A stretch of 64,000 bases of DNA from an uncultured virus (IMG/VR IMGVR_UViG_3300034023_001061). Lineage: Duplodnaviria > Heunggongvirae > Uroviricota > Caudoviricetes. Below, in pieces: positions 1 through 8,676 of the stretch (positions are counted from its first letter, which is position 1; every line of letters begins with the position of its first letter). The notes beneath the pieces are model-generated. The model searched no databases and was not told the DNA's origin. It was given only the letters and a program-made list of their open reading frames with translations. The position numbers were made by a program, and so were the translations under genes. The stretch is from IMG/VR virus record IMGVR_UViG_3300034023_001061, one strand, 5' to 3'.

Positions 1-275
1 GCACGGGTGGCACCGTACCGAAGCCCGTGGGGACTCCCGGCGCGAGCACGGGCGGTGGCAACACCGCGATCGTGCCCGTGGCGCCCGCGACCCCGGCGAT
101 GCGCCCCGAGTCGACCACGCGCCCCGGTCAAGTGGTGACCGCGACGCCGGTCGTTCCGCCCCCGGCCCCCGCTGCGTCGTCGTCGAAGACCCCGTACATC
201 GTCGGCGGCGCCCTCGTGCTCACCGCGGGCGTGATGTACTGGCAACGCGACGCCATCCGCAAGATGTTCAAGTGA
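1..275 (+). CDS. Pro/Thr-rich protein with C-terminal TM anchor (5' partial)
   Basis: PT-rich linker, then YIVGGALVLTAGVMYW and a basic tail. Confidence 0.7.
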   Translation, partial: TGGTVPKPVGTPGASTGGGNTAIVPVAPATPAMRPESTTRPGQVVTATPVVPPPAPAASSSKTPYIVGGALVLTAGVMYWQRDAIRKMFK

Positions 276-285
276 ACAGGAGACG

Positions 286-795
286 ATGATGAGCGAAGTC
301 GACCCCTCCTGCGGATGCCCGATCACCCGAGCGAAGAAGGCCCGCGAGGAGGCGGCTCGGGTCGCCGCTGCGGGCGATCCCACCGACGTTCCCGTGACGC
401 CGGTCGAGACGCCCGCAACGCCGGTCGCGCCGGTTCCCGCGTCTCCCGTGATGGTGCCCATCGCGCCTCGTCCGACGAACGCGATCCAGCAGTGCCGCAC
501 GGTCACGACGGACGGGTTCTGGTTGCGCCCGACGCCGACGTTCGCGCACGTCGGGTATCACTACCCGCCGCGCACCGAAATCATCGTGCTCGAACGCCAG
601 CCGTTCCAGTCCGGCATCTTCACCCTCTTCCGCGTGCGCGTGGTGACACCCGCCGCGGGTGAGCCCGCCGAAGGTTTCGCTGCGCTGCGCCTCGCCGACC
701 TCGCCACGTCGTCGTGCCAGTGGGCGGGCGCCGACAACCACATCGCGGGGCCGAACGCGGTGCTGCTCAAGACGTACGGCGGAAAGGCGCCCTGA
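286..795 (+). CDS. Hypothetical protein, possible SH3b-like domain
   Basis: RBS AGGAG; Pro-rich linker then FWLRPTP...YPPRTEIIVL. Confidence 0.6.
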   Translation: MMSEVDPSCGCPITRAKKAREEAARVAAAGDPTDVPVTPVETPATPVAPVPASPVMVPIAPRPTNAIQQCRTVTTDGFWLRPTPTFAHVGYHYPPRTEIIVLERQPFQSGIFTLFRVRVVTPAAGEPAEGFAALRLADLATSSCQWAGADNHIAGPNAVLLKTYGGKAP

Positions 796-798
796 TAC

Positions 799-1155
799 AT
801 GCCCGCGAACCAGCAACGCGAGATCACGTTCGCGCTTCAGGGGACCATCCCCGCGTACGTGCTCGGCACCGTGGACGGTACGGTCGCGGGTGACTTCGTG
901 CTCAACGGCGCGACCTCGATCTACCTCACGGTGGACGCGAGCGCGCTCGCGTCGCCGACGACGATCACGTTCTACGTGAAGACGACCATCTACGGCACCG
1001 CGACGCCGCTCGGAACGTTCGTCGTCGCCGCGGGTGCGGTCGAGACCATCGTGACGATGCCCTCGTTCGGCCCGCTCGTCGCCTACGCCGTGCAGGTTAC
1101 GGTGACGACGGGCGGCGCGGGCGGCGACGCGATCATCAGCGCCCGCGCGCAGTAG
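799..1155 (+). CDS. Beta-rich putative virion protein
   Basis: T/V/G/A-rich with alternating beta pattern. Confidence 0.6.
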   Translation: MPANQQREITFALQGTIPAYVLGTVDGTVAGDFVLNGATSIYLTVDASALASPTTITFYVKTTIYGTATPLGTFVVAAGAVETIVTMPSFGPLVAYAVQVTVTTGGAGGDAIISARAQ

Positions 1156-1699
1156 CGAACCCGTCAACCCACCGCTGCAACTCCTCCGGGTCGACGGCAT
1201 CGAGCCTCGCACGAAGAGCGCCCTCGGCGTAGTCCATCTGCGCGTTCGCGGCGGCTTGCGCTTCGATCATCACCACACGGGCGTTGCCCCACCACGACGT
1301 TTCGTCGAGCGGCTCGCTCTCGGCGGCAAGCTCCGACCACACGTTCTCCGGCACGAGACGAATTGCGTCGGCGTGCGGTCCGAGCGCCTCGGCGACCCGC
1401 AAGCACGCGGCGCCGAGTTCGCCGTATTCCTCCTCGCCAGCAGCCGCCCACGAGCGGTCGAGAACGATCGCGGCGCGGAGCACGACGGGTGCGAGTACGA
1501 GGATTTCTTCGCGCAGTTTCTCGTCGTACGTCGGTCCGTCGGCGTCGCCGCGAATCCACATGGCGCCGTAGCGCATCGCCTCGACGCAGTGAGGCGCGGA
1601 GAGGAACGCCGCCACGTCGAGCGCCGCGCGGCGGTGCCCCAGCGCGACACGTTCGACGAGAGCTTCGAGGCACGGCGCGAGACGGGGTGCGGGGGTCAC
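1136..1699 (-). CDS. Hypothetical protein (paralog of 2413-2874)
   Basis: GTGA overlap; VWSELAAE..SWW motif. Confidence 0.7.
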   Translation of the reverse strand: MTPAPRLAPCLEALVERVALGHRRAALDVAAFLSAPHCVEAMRYGAMWIRGDADGPTYDEKLREEILVLAPVVLRAAIVLDRSWAAAGEEEYGELGAACLRVAEALGPHADAIRLVPENVWSELAAESEPLDETSWWGNARVVMIEAQAAANAQMDYAEGALRARLDAVDPEELQRWVDGFATARGR

Positions 1700-2367
1700 T
1701 GCTCGCCCTCGACGAACGCATACATCGCGTCCGCCGCGATCTGCCCTACGGTCGTGGCGGGCTCCTGCCACGCTACCGCGCAGAGTCGCTCGTCGGCAGC
1801 GATGGCCCGCGCGGCGGCGGGTCGCGTGAACACGTCGGCGTGCGCCATGATCTTCTTGTCGAGCGCATCAAGCAGAGCGTCGAGGGCGGCGTTGTTGCTG
1901 CGAGAAAACATCGCGTGCAGCGCGTCGTTCGCCGACTGGAGATCGTCGCGGTCGTTGAGGGTTTCGACCGCATACTCCTCGGTGAGCGGTCGGTCGTAGA
2001 CCATGCCGCAAAACGTGACCGCTTCGGCGAGGAGCACGTCGATCACCTCGACGGGCAACGACGCGATCCACTCGCACCAGCGATCCCACGGGCTGCTACG
2101 AAGTTCCGCGGCGTCGAGCATCTGCGCGAGGGTGAGTTCACGCGGCTTCGCAGGCGACCACACGCGCGCCGCAGTGCCGTAAGCTGCGACGGTGCGCAGG
2201 ACGCTCCCGCAGAGCACCGCGGGGTCACGCACGGCGGTGCAGAATTCGGGCACCTCGTGGTCCGCGAAGATGCCGGTCGGCGGCTCGATGGTGAGCGCGG
2301 TGGTGGGGATGAACGTGGCAACCGCGGCGGCGCTCGGGGAGACGGGGGCGGTTTCGATGGTGGTCAT
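1696..2367 (-). CDS. Hypothetical protein
   Basis: ATG right after promoter motif; acidic and helical. Confidence 0.75.
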   Translation of the reverse strand: MTTIETAPVSPSAAAVATFIPTTALTIEPPTGIFADHEVPEFCTAVRDPAVLCGSVLRTVAAYGTAARVWSPAKPRELTLAQMLDAAELRSSPWDRWCEWIASLPVEVIDVLLAEAVTFCGMVYDRPLTEEYAVETLNDRDDLQSANDALHAMFSRSNNAALDALLDALDKKIMAHADVFTRPAAARAIAADERLCAVAWQEPATTVGQIAADAMYAFVEGEQ

Positions 2368-2410
2368 GGTGTCCCTCTTACGTCGCGGGTCGGCCGTTTC
2401 TAACGCGAAA
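2368..2410 (-). promoter_or_regulatory. ECF-like promoter motif
   Basis: GTTAGAA-N15-CGTAAGAGGGACACC-ATG. Confidence 0.55.
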
Positions 2411-2412
2411 AC

Positions 2413-2874
2413 TTACGAACACGCACCCGGCGCGAGCGCGTCGGCGTAGGCTTGACACCACCACGCGCCGCCGCACTCGGGCAGGAGTTCCCATTCCGCG
2501 AGTTCGCGCCACACGTCGTCGCCCGCGAGCAACGCGGCATCTTCGTATCCTTCCATCTTCGCCTCCGTCTCAGCGATGGCGGCGATCAGCCTGTTCTCGT
2601 CGCGACTGAACACTCCCCACAACGCAACGTTGCACACGCCGATCGCGCGAACGACGGCGGGCACGATCTGCGTCGCGCTGTAGTCGAGCCACTCGTCGGT
2701 CGCCGACGTGCCGCGCACCATCGCTGCGGCGTGTCGGAGCACCGCGATCACGGGCTCGGTCGCGCAGAACTGCGCGAGGTTTACGAAGTCGTCGCATCGC
2801 CCACTCTCTCGGGCGATGCTGGTGAGTTCGACGATGGCGACGGCGTGCGAAACGCACGGTGCGGAGGTGTTCAT
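2413..2874 (-). CDS. Hypothetical protein (paralog of 1136-1699)
   Basis: VWRELAEW..AWW motif; ATG after CGTCGAG motif. Confidence 0.7.
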   Translation of the reverse strand: MNTSAPCVSHAVAIVELTSIARESGRCDDFVNLAQFCATEPVIAVLRHAAAMVRGTSATDEWLDYSATQIVPAVVRAIGVCNVALWGVFSRDENRLIAAIAETEAKMEGYEDAALLAGDDVWRELAEWELLPECGGAWWCQAYADALAPGACS

Positions 2875-2911
2875 AGTTTCTCGACGTTCCGGGTATTGGT
2901 TTTCTGACACG

Positions 2912-3139
2912 TCACGCCGCGCAGCGATTGCCCTTGCGGGGGAACGACGGGCGCGGCGTCGCGGCGCACTCGCACCAGTCCGCTTGCAACCGGCGCCCGA
3001 GCGACGTGGCGGGCGTCGTGTGGTCGCAGCGGAGGTGCCCGCGCGTCCACTCGCCAGCGCCACGGAAACACTGCGGGAACACGGGGTGCGTGACGGAGGG
3101 GATTGAGACGAGGCCAGCGACGCAGTGGGTGGTGTTCAT
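2912..3139 (-). CDS. Small Cys-rich hypothetical protein
   Basis: ATG directly after a clear promoter motif copy. Confidence 0.5.
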   Translation of the reverse strand: MNTTHCVAGLVSIPSVTHPVFPQCFRGAGEWTRGHLRCDHTTPATSLGRRLQADWCECAATPRPSFPRKGNRCAA

Positions 3140-3192
3140 GGTGACCCTTCTACGTCGCCAGTTGCGGCGACCTTACGCTGCTCCGCCGATTT
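3140..3192 (-). promoter_or_regulatory. ECF-like promoter motif
   Basis: AAATCGG..GCGTAAGG-N16-CGTAGAAGGGTCACC-ATG. Confidence 0.7.
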
Positions 3193-3218
3193 CGCGGCGC
3201 CGTCGCCAGAATGCGCGC

Positions 3219-3248
3219 TTGACGCGGTTCGCGCCACACACGTATTCT
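3219..3248 (+). promoter_or_regulatory. Sigma70-like promoter
   Basis: TTGACG-N18-TATTCT. Confidence 0.55.
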
Positions 3249-3292
3249 CTTGCACGCGCCCGATCACGGTCGCGAACACAACGGAGTCGAAA

Positions 3293-3346
3293 ATGGCCGA
3301 GAAGGTTGCACGGGTCGGAGTCGAGCGCGCGGACGGTTGCCTATGA
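3293..3346 (+). pseudogene. Small ORF truncated by tnpB element 1
   Basis: RBS GGAG, MAEKVARVGVERADGCL; stop codon lies in the element right end. Confidence 0.4.
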
Positions 3347-3520
3347 ACCTCCCCGCCGCGAGCGACGGGGCTTCTCGTGTCGGCTTACGCCGACGCCGAA
3401 CTACTTGCAGGGGTTCCGCCTGAACTACGGGGTGGCGGTTGCCCGCCTCCTCGATACTTTCTCAAAGGGCGAACGAACACGATCGTGCTTGGCATCGGTT
3501 GGTTGGGCAACAGTTGCCCG
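3323..3520 (-). ncRNA. Putative omegaRNA of tnpB 1 (bounds approximate)
   Basis: Established position over tnpB 3' end and right end; guide would start AGGCAACCGTCCGCGC. Confidence 0.5.
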
Positions 3521-4653
3521 TTGAGACCGATGCCTCGAATGTTCGCGCACCCCACCACGTCACGCGGCGCCACCAACCCGCACTGCGGGTTCCGACACCG
3601 ATAGACCCTTCGGCACTTCTGCCGATTCACGCAAGCGGGACACGCTTGCGAACTGTACGCCTCGCAGACGCGCTCGACGCCAGCGAGTTTGTAGCCCAAC
3701 TGCGCGATGATCTTGCCGGTGCAAACCTGCGAGACTTGCTGCGCAGTGCGACGATTCATCTTCGCCGCAGCATCGTTGAACGGCTCGCCGACGAAGGCGT
3801 GCGCTCCGGGGAACGCACGCGCAACGGCGGCGGTCGCCTTGTGCGTGATGTCCTTGATCTTGCGCCTGCACTTCGCGAGCATCTTGTGCTTGCGCCGCGC
3901 GAGTTTCTTCTGTCGACGACTCCCTTGCTTGCAGCGCGACGAGCGCGAATCGATGCTCGCCAGTTGCTTGTTCCGGTACTGGACGATGGCCTTCGCCTCG
4001 CGACCCGATACGACGATCGCGGTCTTGCCGTCGGTCGCCGCGATGAGCGAGTTCACGCCGAGGTCGCAACCGATCACGGTGCCAGACTCGATCACTGACT
4101 CGACGGGCAACGCGCAGACGATGCGAACGACGCAGAAGCCGAGCGTCACCTCCATCAACCGCCCCGACAACGCGAACGGCAGACGAATGCGGAGCGTTTG
4201 GTTGACCCCTCTCCCACTACCACCGCCGTTGTTGAGGCGCAGAAATCCATCGCGTATCAGCGCGCCTTGGTTCGAGTACGTGACGTCTCGGTAGCGCGGC
4301 GTTTTGCGCGGGTACTCGGCGGTCACTTCTTCGCCGCGCGCCCGCTGCGCCTTGCGCTTCGCGGTAGTCCACGCGATGTTCTCGCAGAACTGCGCCACGG
4401 TTCGCTGGACGGACTGCGCGGACATCGCGGGGAACTTGCCCTTCGCCCACGCCAACCAGCGCGAGAGCGACGGCCACTTCCACCGCAACCGTCGGATGCG
4501 GGCGTGAAGGCGTACCATCGCGTTCCACAACGCGGCGTTCGCGAGGCGAGACGCCGTGAACGTGGCCCACTGAACCGACGATCGCGGTCGCCACGCAACC
4601 TCGACAACGCGATGCGTCGTCTCCGGGGCGTTGGTGACTGCTTTCTCCTGCAC
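3385..4653 (-). CDS. tnpB: RNA-guided endonuclease TnpB
   Basis: IGCDLG, VCEAYSSQACPAC, CRNPQC, RDVVGCANI; start chosen 7 nt after a -10 box. Confidence 0.92.
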   Translation of the reverse strand: MQEKAVTNAPETTHRVVEVAWRPRSSVQWATFTASRLANAALWNAMVRLHARIRRLRWKWPSLSRWLAWAKGKFPAMSAQSVQRTVAQFCENIAWTTAKRKAQRARGEEVTAEYPRKTPRYRDVTYSNQGALIRDGFLRLNNGGGSGRGVNQTLRIRLPFALSGRLMEVTLGFCVVRIVCALPVESVIESGTVIGCDLGVNSLIAATDGKTAIVVSGREAKAIVQYRNKQLASIDSRSSRCKQGSRRQKKLARRKHKMLAKCRRKIKDITHKATAAVARAFPGAHAFVGEPFNDAAAKMNRRTAQQVSQVCTGKIIAQLGYKLAGVERVCEAYSSQACPACVNRQKCRRVYRCRNPQCGLVAPRDVVGCANIRGIGLNGQLLPNQPMPSTIVFVRPLRKYRGGGQPPPRSSGGTPASSSASA

Positions 4654-4660
4654 GGGCACC

Positions 4661-4689
4661 ACCGTACTCACGGACTCCGTACGTGTCAA
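4661..4689 (-). promoter_or_regulatory. Sigma70-like promoter of tnpB 1
   Basis: TTGACA-N17-TACGGT-N7-GTG. Confidence 0.6.
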
Positions 4690-4871
4690 GGGCGGCTCTT
4701 GCCCTCGACGGCGTTGAGGATGCGCTTCGCTTCGATCACGGAGGCGCGGCGAACCAGCGACGAAATATCGTCGCCGCACGCCGTCGCAGCGCGCTCGATC
4801 AGTGCCTTCTCCTCCGTGGTGAGGCGGAGGTCCATGCGGGCGTCGCGAGGCGTGTCGTTGTACTTGCTCAT
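4686..4871 (-). CDS. Ribbon-helix-helix protein, DUF1778-like
   Basis: RMDLRLTTEEKALIERAA...ISSLVRRAS. Confidence 0.8.
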   Translation of the reverse strand: MSKYNDTPRDARMDLRLTTEEKALIERAATACGDDISSLVRRASVIEAKRILNAVEGKSRP

Positions 4872-4935
4872 TGCTGTCGTACGCTCCGTCCGTGTGGGAG
4901 TTTTACTCTCATCTCTCGCTCAATCGTAGATCGCC

Positions 4936-5268
4936 TCACGGCGCCTCGTACGCGAACTCCGGGTCGAGCATGCGCGCCATCGCTACGACCGCCGCGATGT
5001 TCGCCGCAGCGCGGTCAACACCGACCGTTCGCACGATGCTCACCGGCCCTCCGCCATTCCCGCCACGAACGTAGTAACCCACGTCGCAGTTCGCATCGCG
5101 AACGCGGTCGAACGGTAGTCCCTCGTAGCCCTCCGTAGCGCACGCATCGTCGACGATGCCGCGATGCTTGAGCACCTCGCCAGCGACGCGCAGAAGCGTC
5201 GTGGTGTACGGGCGTTCGTCGCGGTTGTACCGCGTCGGGAGGCGCAATTCTTCGGGCGTGAGTTTCAC
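4936..5268 (-). CDS. Hypothetical protein
   Basis: GTGA overlap with upstream gene. Confidence 0.65.
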   Translation of the reverse strand: MKLTPEELRLPTRYNRDERPYTTTLLRVAGEVLKHRGIVDDACATEGYEGLPFDRVRDANCDVGYYVRGGNGGGPVSIVRTVGVDRAAANIAAVVAMARMLDPEFAYEAP

Positions 5269-5447
5269 TGCGTTTCCTTGCTGTTCAACCGCGCGAGAGC
5301 CTCGCGCATGTACTCCCGATCGGCCTCGGTGATCGGCTGCGGCTTCGTCGGCGCCAGCCGCACCGCATCGTTCCACCGCCCGCACTTCGGGCAGACGGTG
5401 TTGAGCGACGCGAGCGGGGCGCGGCACCCGTCGCAGTGGAAGTTCAT
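5265..5447 (-). CDS. Zinc-ribbon protein
   Basis: CDGC...CPKC. Confidence 0.65.
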   Translation of the reverse strand: MNFHCDGCRAPLASLNTVCPKCGRWNDAVRLAPTKPQPITEADREYMREALARLNSKETQ

Positions 5448-5839
5448 CGTTTCTCCGCCTTCCGTGCCTTCGATGCGAGTGCTGCGAATCCCGTGCTCGC
5501 CTCCTTCGCCATTCGAGCGCCGTCGGGATCGCGATGTTTTATCGCACGCCAAATGCTATCGTCCGTTTCCGAGAGGTGGGACAACGCACACCCGATTTCG
5601 CGGGCGTCGTCAGCCGAGAATCGAAGCGCACCATTTTTGTACGCGTTCGCGAGGAGACGGTACTTCGGTGCGTCCTTATCGCCCATTTCCTCCTCGATGC
5701 TCGCGATTTCTGCGATGACATCAAGTGTAGACGCTACGGACCCGCGCACCGGCAGCGTCACCGTTTTGCGGACGCGAGCGGTAACGCCGCGCGTCGTGTT
5801 GCTCATCAACTCGCCGACTTCGTGGATGTTCTTGCTCAT
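5444..5839 (-). CDS. Hypothetical protein
   Basis: ATG after promoter motif. Confidence 0.65.
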   Translation of the reverse strand: MSKNIHEVGELMSNTTRGVTARVRKTVTLPVRGSVASTLDVIAEIASIEEEMGDKDAPKYRLLANAYKNGALRFSADDAREIGCALSHLSETDDSIWRAIKHRDPDGARMAKEASTGFAALASKARKAEKR

Positions 5840-5975
5840 GGTGCTCGCTTCTACGCCCGCCGCTCGCCGCTTCTTTACATCGCCCCGTCGGTTTTCGCAA
5901 AACCGCTTCTGCGAAGGCCAGCGCAAGAAAACTTCGTGGCGGCGTAAGGTCTGCCGCGCTGGAACCGTAAGAGTG
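5840..5975. promoter_or_regulatory. Divergent pair of ECF-like promoter motifs
   Basis: Minus: TGTAAAG-N17-CGTAGAAG; plus: GCGTAAGG-N16-CGTAAGAG. Confidence 0.65.
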
Positions 5976-6006
5976 ACAGGTTCCGCAACATCAAGGGGAC
6001 ACTGCA

Positions 6007-6192
6007 ATGGCAAATAAACCGCATCTTCTCATCGGGCCGCTCGCCGACAAGGTGTACACCGTGGTCGACCGCAATAAGGTAGAGATCGTCACGTATCAGC
6101 GCGGAGAAGTTACTCAGGTTCGAGAGGCCAGCACCGAAGAGGCAAGAGCTTCTTACAGGCAACTCCTGAGCGCCGGGTGGAAGACTTGCTAG
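6007..6192 (+). CDS. Small hypothetical protein
   Basis: RBS AAGGGG; downstream of promoter motif. Confidence 0.65.
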   Translation: MANKPHLLIGPLADKVYTVVDRNKVEIVTYQRGEVTQVREASTEEARASYRQLLSAGWKTC

Positions 6193-6213
6193 CGCCACGC
6201 GCGACCGAGAGCC

Positions 6214-6810
6214 TTACCTGCGCGTAGTCTCGATTCGCGATGCGGCGCGCTTGATGTTAGCGCCGCAAGTAATCGCCTCCCGCACCGACGCGGCGCTTCG
6301 CTCCCACGCGAGGCGCCCGTCGGGCAGCGCCCGCACGTCGGCCCACCGGACGAACTCCTCGCGCCCGCCGCGCTTCACCGCGAGCACCGCAACGCCACCG
6401 CCCTTCGAGTAGGCGTTCAGTTGCGCCTGTTGCCGCTCGGTGAGCGCCGGGTCGCGCCCACGACCCGCCGCCTCCGCGTGCGTCTCCGTGGCCCACACGT
6501 CGCCCTTCGCGGTGCTCTTCGCCTCGACGCAGAACCCGCGACCGCCCGCGAGCAACCCCACGAAATCGCACGCCGACGGGATGCGCGCGATCACCTTGCC
6601 CTTGCGCTCGACCTTGCGCGCGTCGATGCGCAGGTAGTCGGCCACCGCGCCGGTCACCACGAGCGCGTCAAGTTCCTTCTCGATGGCATCCTCGAACGAT
6701 GCACCGCCACGGCGCGCAGAAGCCCCGCGCGTCGCCGCGGACGCCTTCGGGGCCAGTCCGGGGTTGAGCGCCGCCGTCGAGGCGTTCATGGGCGGCAGCG
6801 AACGTTTCAC
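6214..6810 (-). CDS. RecU-like Holliday junction resolvase (PD-(D/E)XK)
   Basis: GASFE...CDFVG...FCVEAKST...LTERQQAQL. Confidence 0.8.
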   Translation of the reverse strand: MKRSLPPMNASTAALNPGLAPKASAATRGASARRGGASFEDAIEKELDALVVTGAVADYLRIDARKVERKGKVIARIPSACDFVGLLAGGRGFCVEAKSTAKGDVWATETHAEAAGRGRDPALTERQQAQLNAYSKGGGVAVLAVKRGGREEFVRWADVRALPDGRLAWERSAASVREAITCGANIKRAASRIETTRR

Positions 6811-7187
6811 GGGCACTCCGCGGGCACGCACACGCGCAGGAGCACGCCGTCGGCCGACTTCTCGACGACGACGGAGTGCGGCATCGCCCGTGCCACGCAA
6901 CCCGCGCTGGCGACTTGTCGGCGGGCGACCATCCCCTCCGAGGCGCGCGGGTCGTCGAGGGCGACGCGCGGCGACTCCGCGACGATCGTTGCGCCCGTCA
7001 CGCGGTGGCGCCACGTATGCCTCACCCCGAGGATGCCGTCGCCCCCGACGTGCTCACGGAGAACGTGATCGTAGGGCCGCTCCGGGTCGTCGGGAGTCGC
7101 TGCGCGGCGCACGTAGGCGGGTGGCGGCGGAGCGTCGGGGCACTTGCGGGCTGTATGCCCGGTGCGCGTGCAGATGCGGCAGGGCAC
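6807..7187 (-). CDS. Zinc-knuckle protein
   Basis: CRICTRTGHTARKC (CCHC). Confidence 0.65.
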   Translation of the reverse strand: MPCRICTRTGHTARKCPDAPPPPAYVRRAATPDDPERPYDHVLREHVGGDGILGVRHTWRHRVTGATIVAESPRVALDDPRASEGMVARRQVASAGCVARAMPHSVVVEKSADGVLLRVCVPAECP

Positions 7188-7190
7188 GGC

Positions 7191-7421
7191 CTAGCGACCG
7201 TCGCGCGACTGCGCACGTTGCCGTCGGAGGTACTCGCGCTGTTGCTCTCGCGGCGACGGTTGCTCGCGGAGTGCGCGTTTCGGTGGCGGTTCAGGGTAGG
7301 CCGATGCCGCCGCCGTGGTGACGCGGAACACGCCCGACGGCACCGCCGTCGAGTCGCTTGCGACGAACGCGAGCGAACCGTCCGCCGTCGTGGCGTATTC
7401 ACTGAAGGGCCGACCGTTCAC
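7191..7421 (-). CDS. Hypothetical protein
   Basis: GTGA overlap chain. Confidence 0.5.
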   Translation of the reverse strand: MNGRPFSEYATTADGSLAFVASDSTAVPSGVFRVTTAAASAYPEPPPKRALREQPSPREQQREYLRRQRAQSRDGR

Positions 7422-7762
7422 GACGCGCCGATCACCCGCGCGAGGTCGTCGGGGTCGACGACGATGCCGAACTCCGACGCCTCGCGCAGCGCATCCTCGA
7501 ACGTCGCAGCCCACACGAGCGGGTGGCCGACGGGCTCGTCGAGCGGGAACGCATCGCTGATAGCGAACACGGCGTGCGCGTCGCCCGTGCGGAGGTGCTC
7601 GCGCAGCGCCTCGATGCGGGGCACCGACACGGGCTCGACGCGGGTCGCCTTGTCGACGCCGTTCACGATCGCGAAGATCGCATCGTTGAGCGTCTCCGTG
7701 GCGACCGGAACGCGCGCGAACTCGGTGCCGTCGGCGTAGTGCAGAACGAGGTTGTTCTTCAC
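7418..7762 (-). CDS. Hypothetical protein
   Basis: GTGA overlap chain. Confidence 0.6.
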   Translation of the reverse strand: MKNNLVLHYADGTEFARVPVATETLNDAIFAIVNGVDKATRVEPVSVPRIEALREHLRTGDAHAVFAISDAFPLDEPVGHPLVWAATFEDALREASEFGIVVDPDDLARVIGAS

Positions 7763-7962
7763 GAGTTTCTCACCCGCGCGATGGCGTGACCCGCAGCGCG
7801 AGCGAGCGCATCGCGCGCTTGATCGTGCAGCGCGGCGCACTCCATCGCTTCGTCGCCGCCCGCCGCCATCGCGGCCTTGATCGTGCGGCGAAACTCGGCG
7901 AGTTGCTCGCCCGCACGGGCAAGCGAGGCGTTGATCGCCGCTTCTTGTTCGGCCTTGCTCAC
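7759..7962 (-). CDS. Small helical hypothetical protein
   Basis: GTGA overlap chain. Confidence 0.55.
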   Translation of the reverse strand: MSKAEQEAAINASLARAGEQLAEFRRTIKAAMAAGGDEAMECAALHDQARDALARAAGHAIARVRNS

Positions 7963-8558
7963 GTCGCCTCCGCGATGCTCGGGATCGCGAGCCCCGACTG
8001 CGTGAACTGGAACACGAACCGCTGGCCGTCCGAACCGTAGCGGTTCTTCGCCACCGTCACGACGACGTTTGCGCGGTTCTCTTCGCGAGAGAGCATGAGC
8101 AGCACGTCGGCGGTGTGCTCCGGCGCGACCCACTGAGGGTACGTCAACTCCGTGAACGACGGCGCGATGATCGTCGCGGCCTTGAAGGCGGGTGCCTTCG
8201 CGACGCGCAGAACGTCATCGAAGCGGTGCGGCGGGAGGCGCGGACGATCGAGCACCACGAGGTCTTCGTCGCTCGCGAGGCAACGATCGAACGGGTCGCC
8301 ATCGGACGAGAAGCCTTCGACGCGAAGTCTCAACAAGGCTTCGTTGCTCATCCCCCCGAAGCGCCGACGCATGGTGAAGTCCGTCTCGTCGTCCGTAGCG
8401 TACGCCACCGACGCGCCGTTCTTCGCCGCGTAGCGCACCATCGCCACGAGCAGCGTCGTTCGCCCGACGCCTGGAGCGCCGATCACCACCGTCACGTTCC
8501 GCGGTCGCATCACGATATCAACCAACTTCGCGATCCCGCACTTCTTGTCGATCATCAT
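7959..8558 (-). CDS. Degenerate DnaB-like RecA-fold ATPase
   Basis: GAPGVGRTT, LVVLD, ADVLLML, VAKNRYG. Confidence 0.75.
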   Translation of the reverse strand: MMIDKKCGIAKLVDIVMRPRNVTVVIGAPGVGRTTLLVAMVRYAAKNGASVAYATDDETDFTMRRRFGGMSNEALLRLRVEGFSSDGDPFDRCLASDEDLVVLDRPRLPPHRFDDVLRVAKAPAFKAATIIAPSFTELTYPQWVAPEHTADVLLMLSREENRANVVVTVAKNRYGSDGQRFVFQFTQSGLAIPSIAEAT

Positions 8559-8676
8559 TGGAGTTCTCCTTGTGTTGCCAGCGTGGATGCTCCGCGATTC
8601 AGCGCGCAGAGGAAACGCCTTCTCGACTTGAACGAGCATCCACGCGACCTTCGGCGAGAACCGGCGTCGGGTTCAC
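8556..8676 (+). mobile_element. 121-bp non-autonomous IS200/IS605-type mini-element
   Basis: First ~63 nt align with left end of tnpB element 2; preceded by TCAT, ends in TCAC. Confidence 0.65.

Larger units (their letters stand above)
3343..4918 (-). mobile_element. IS200/IS605-family tnpB element 1 (RHH + tnpB, no tnpA)
   Basis: Right end GAAG-CCCCGTCGCTCGCGGCGGGG-AGGT-TCAT; left end tentative (after TTGAG). Confidence 0.7.
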
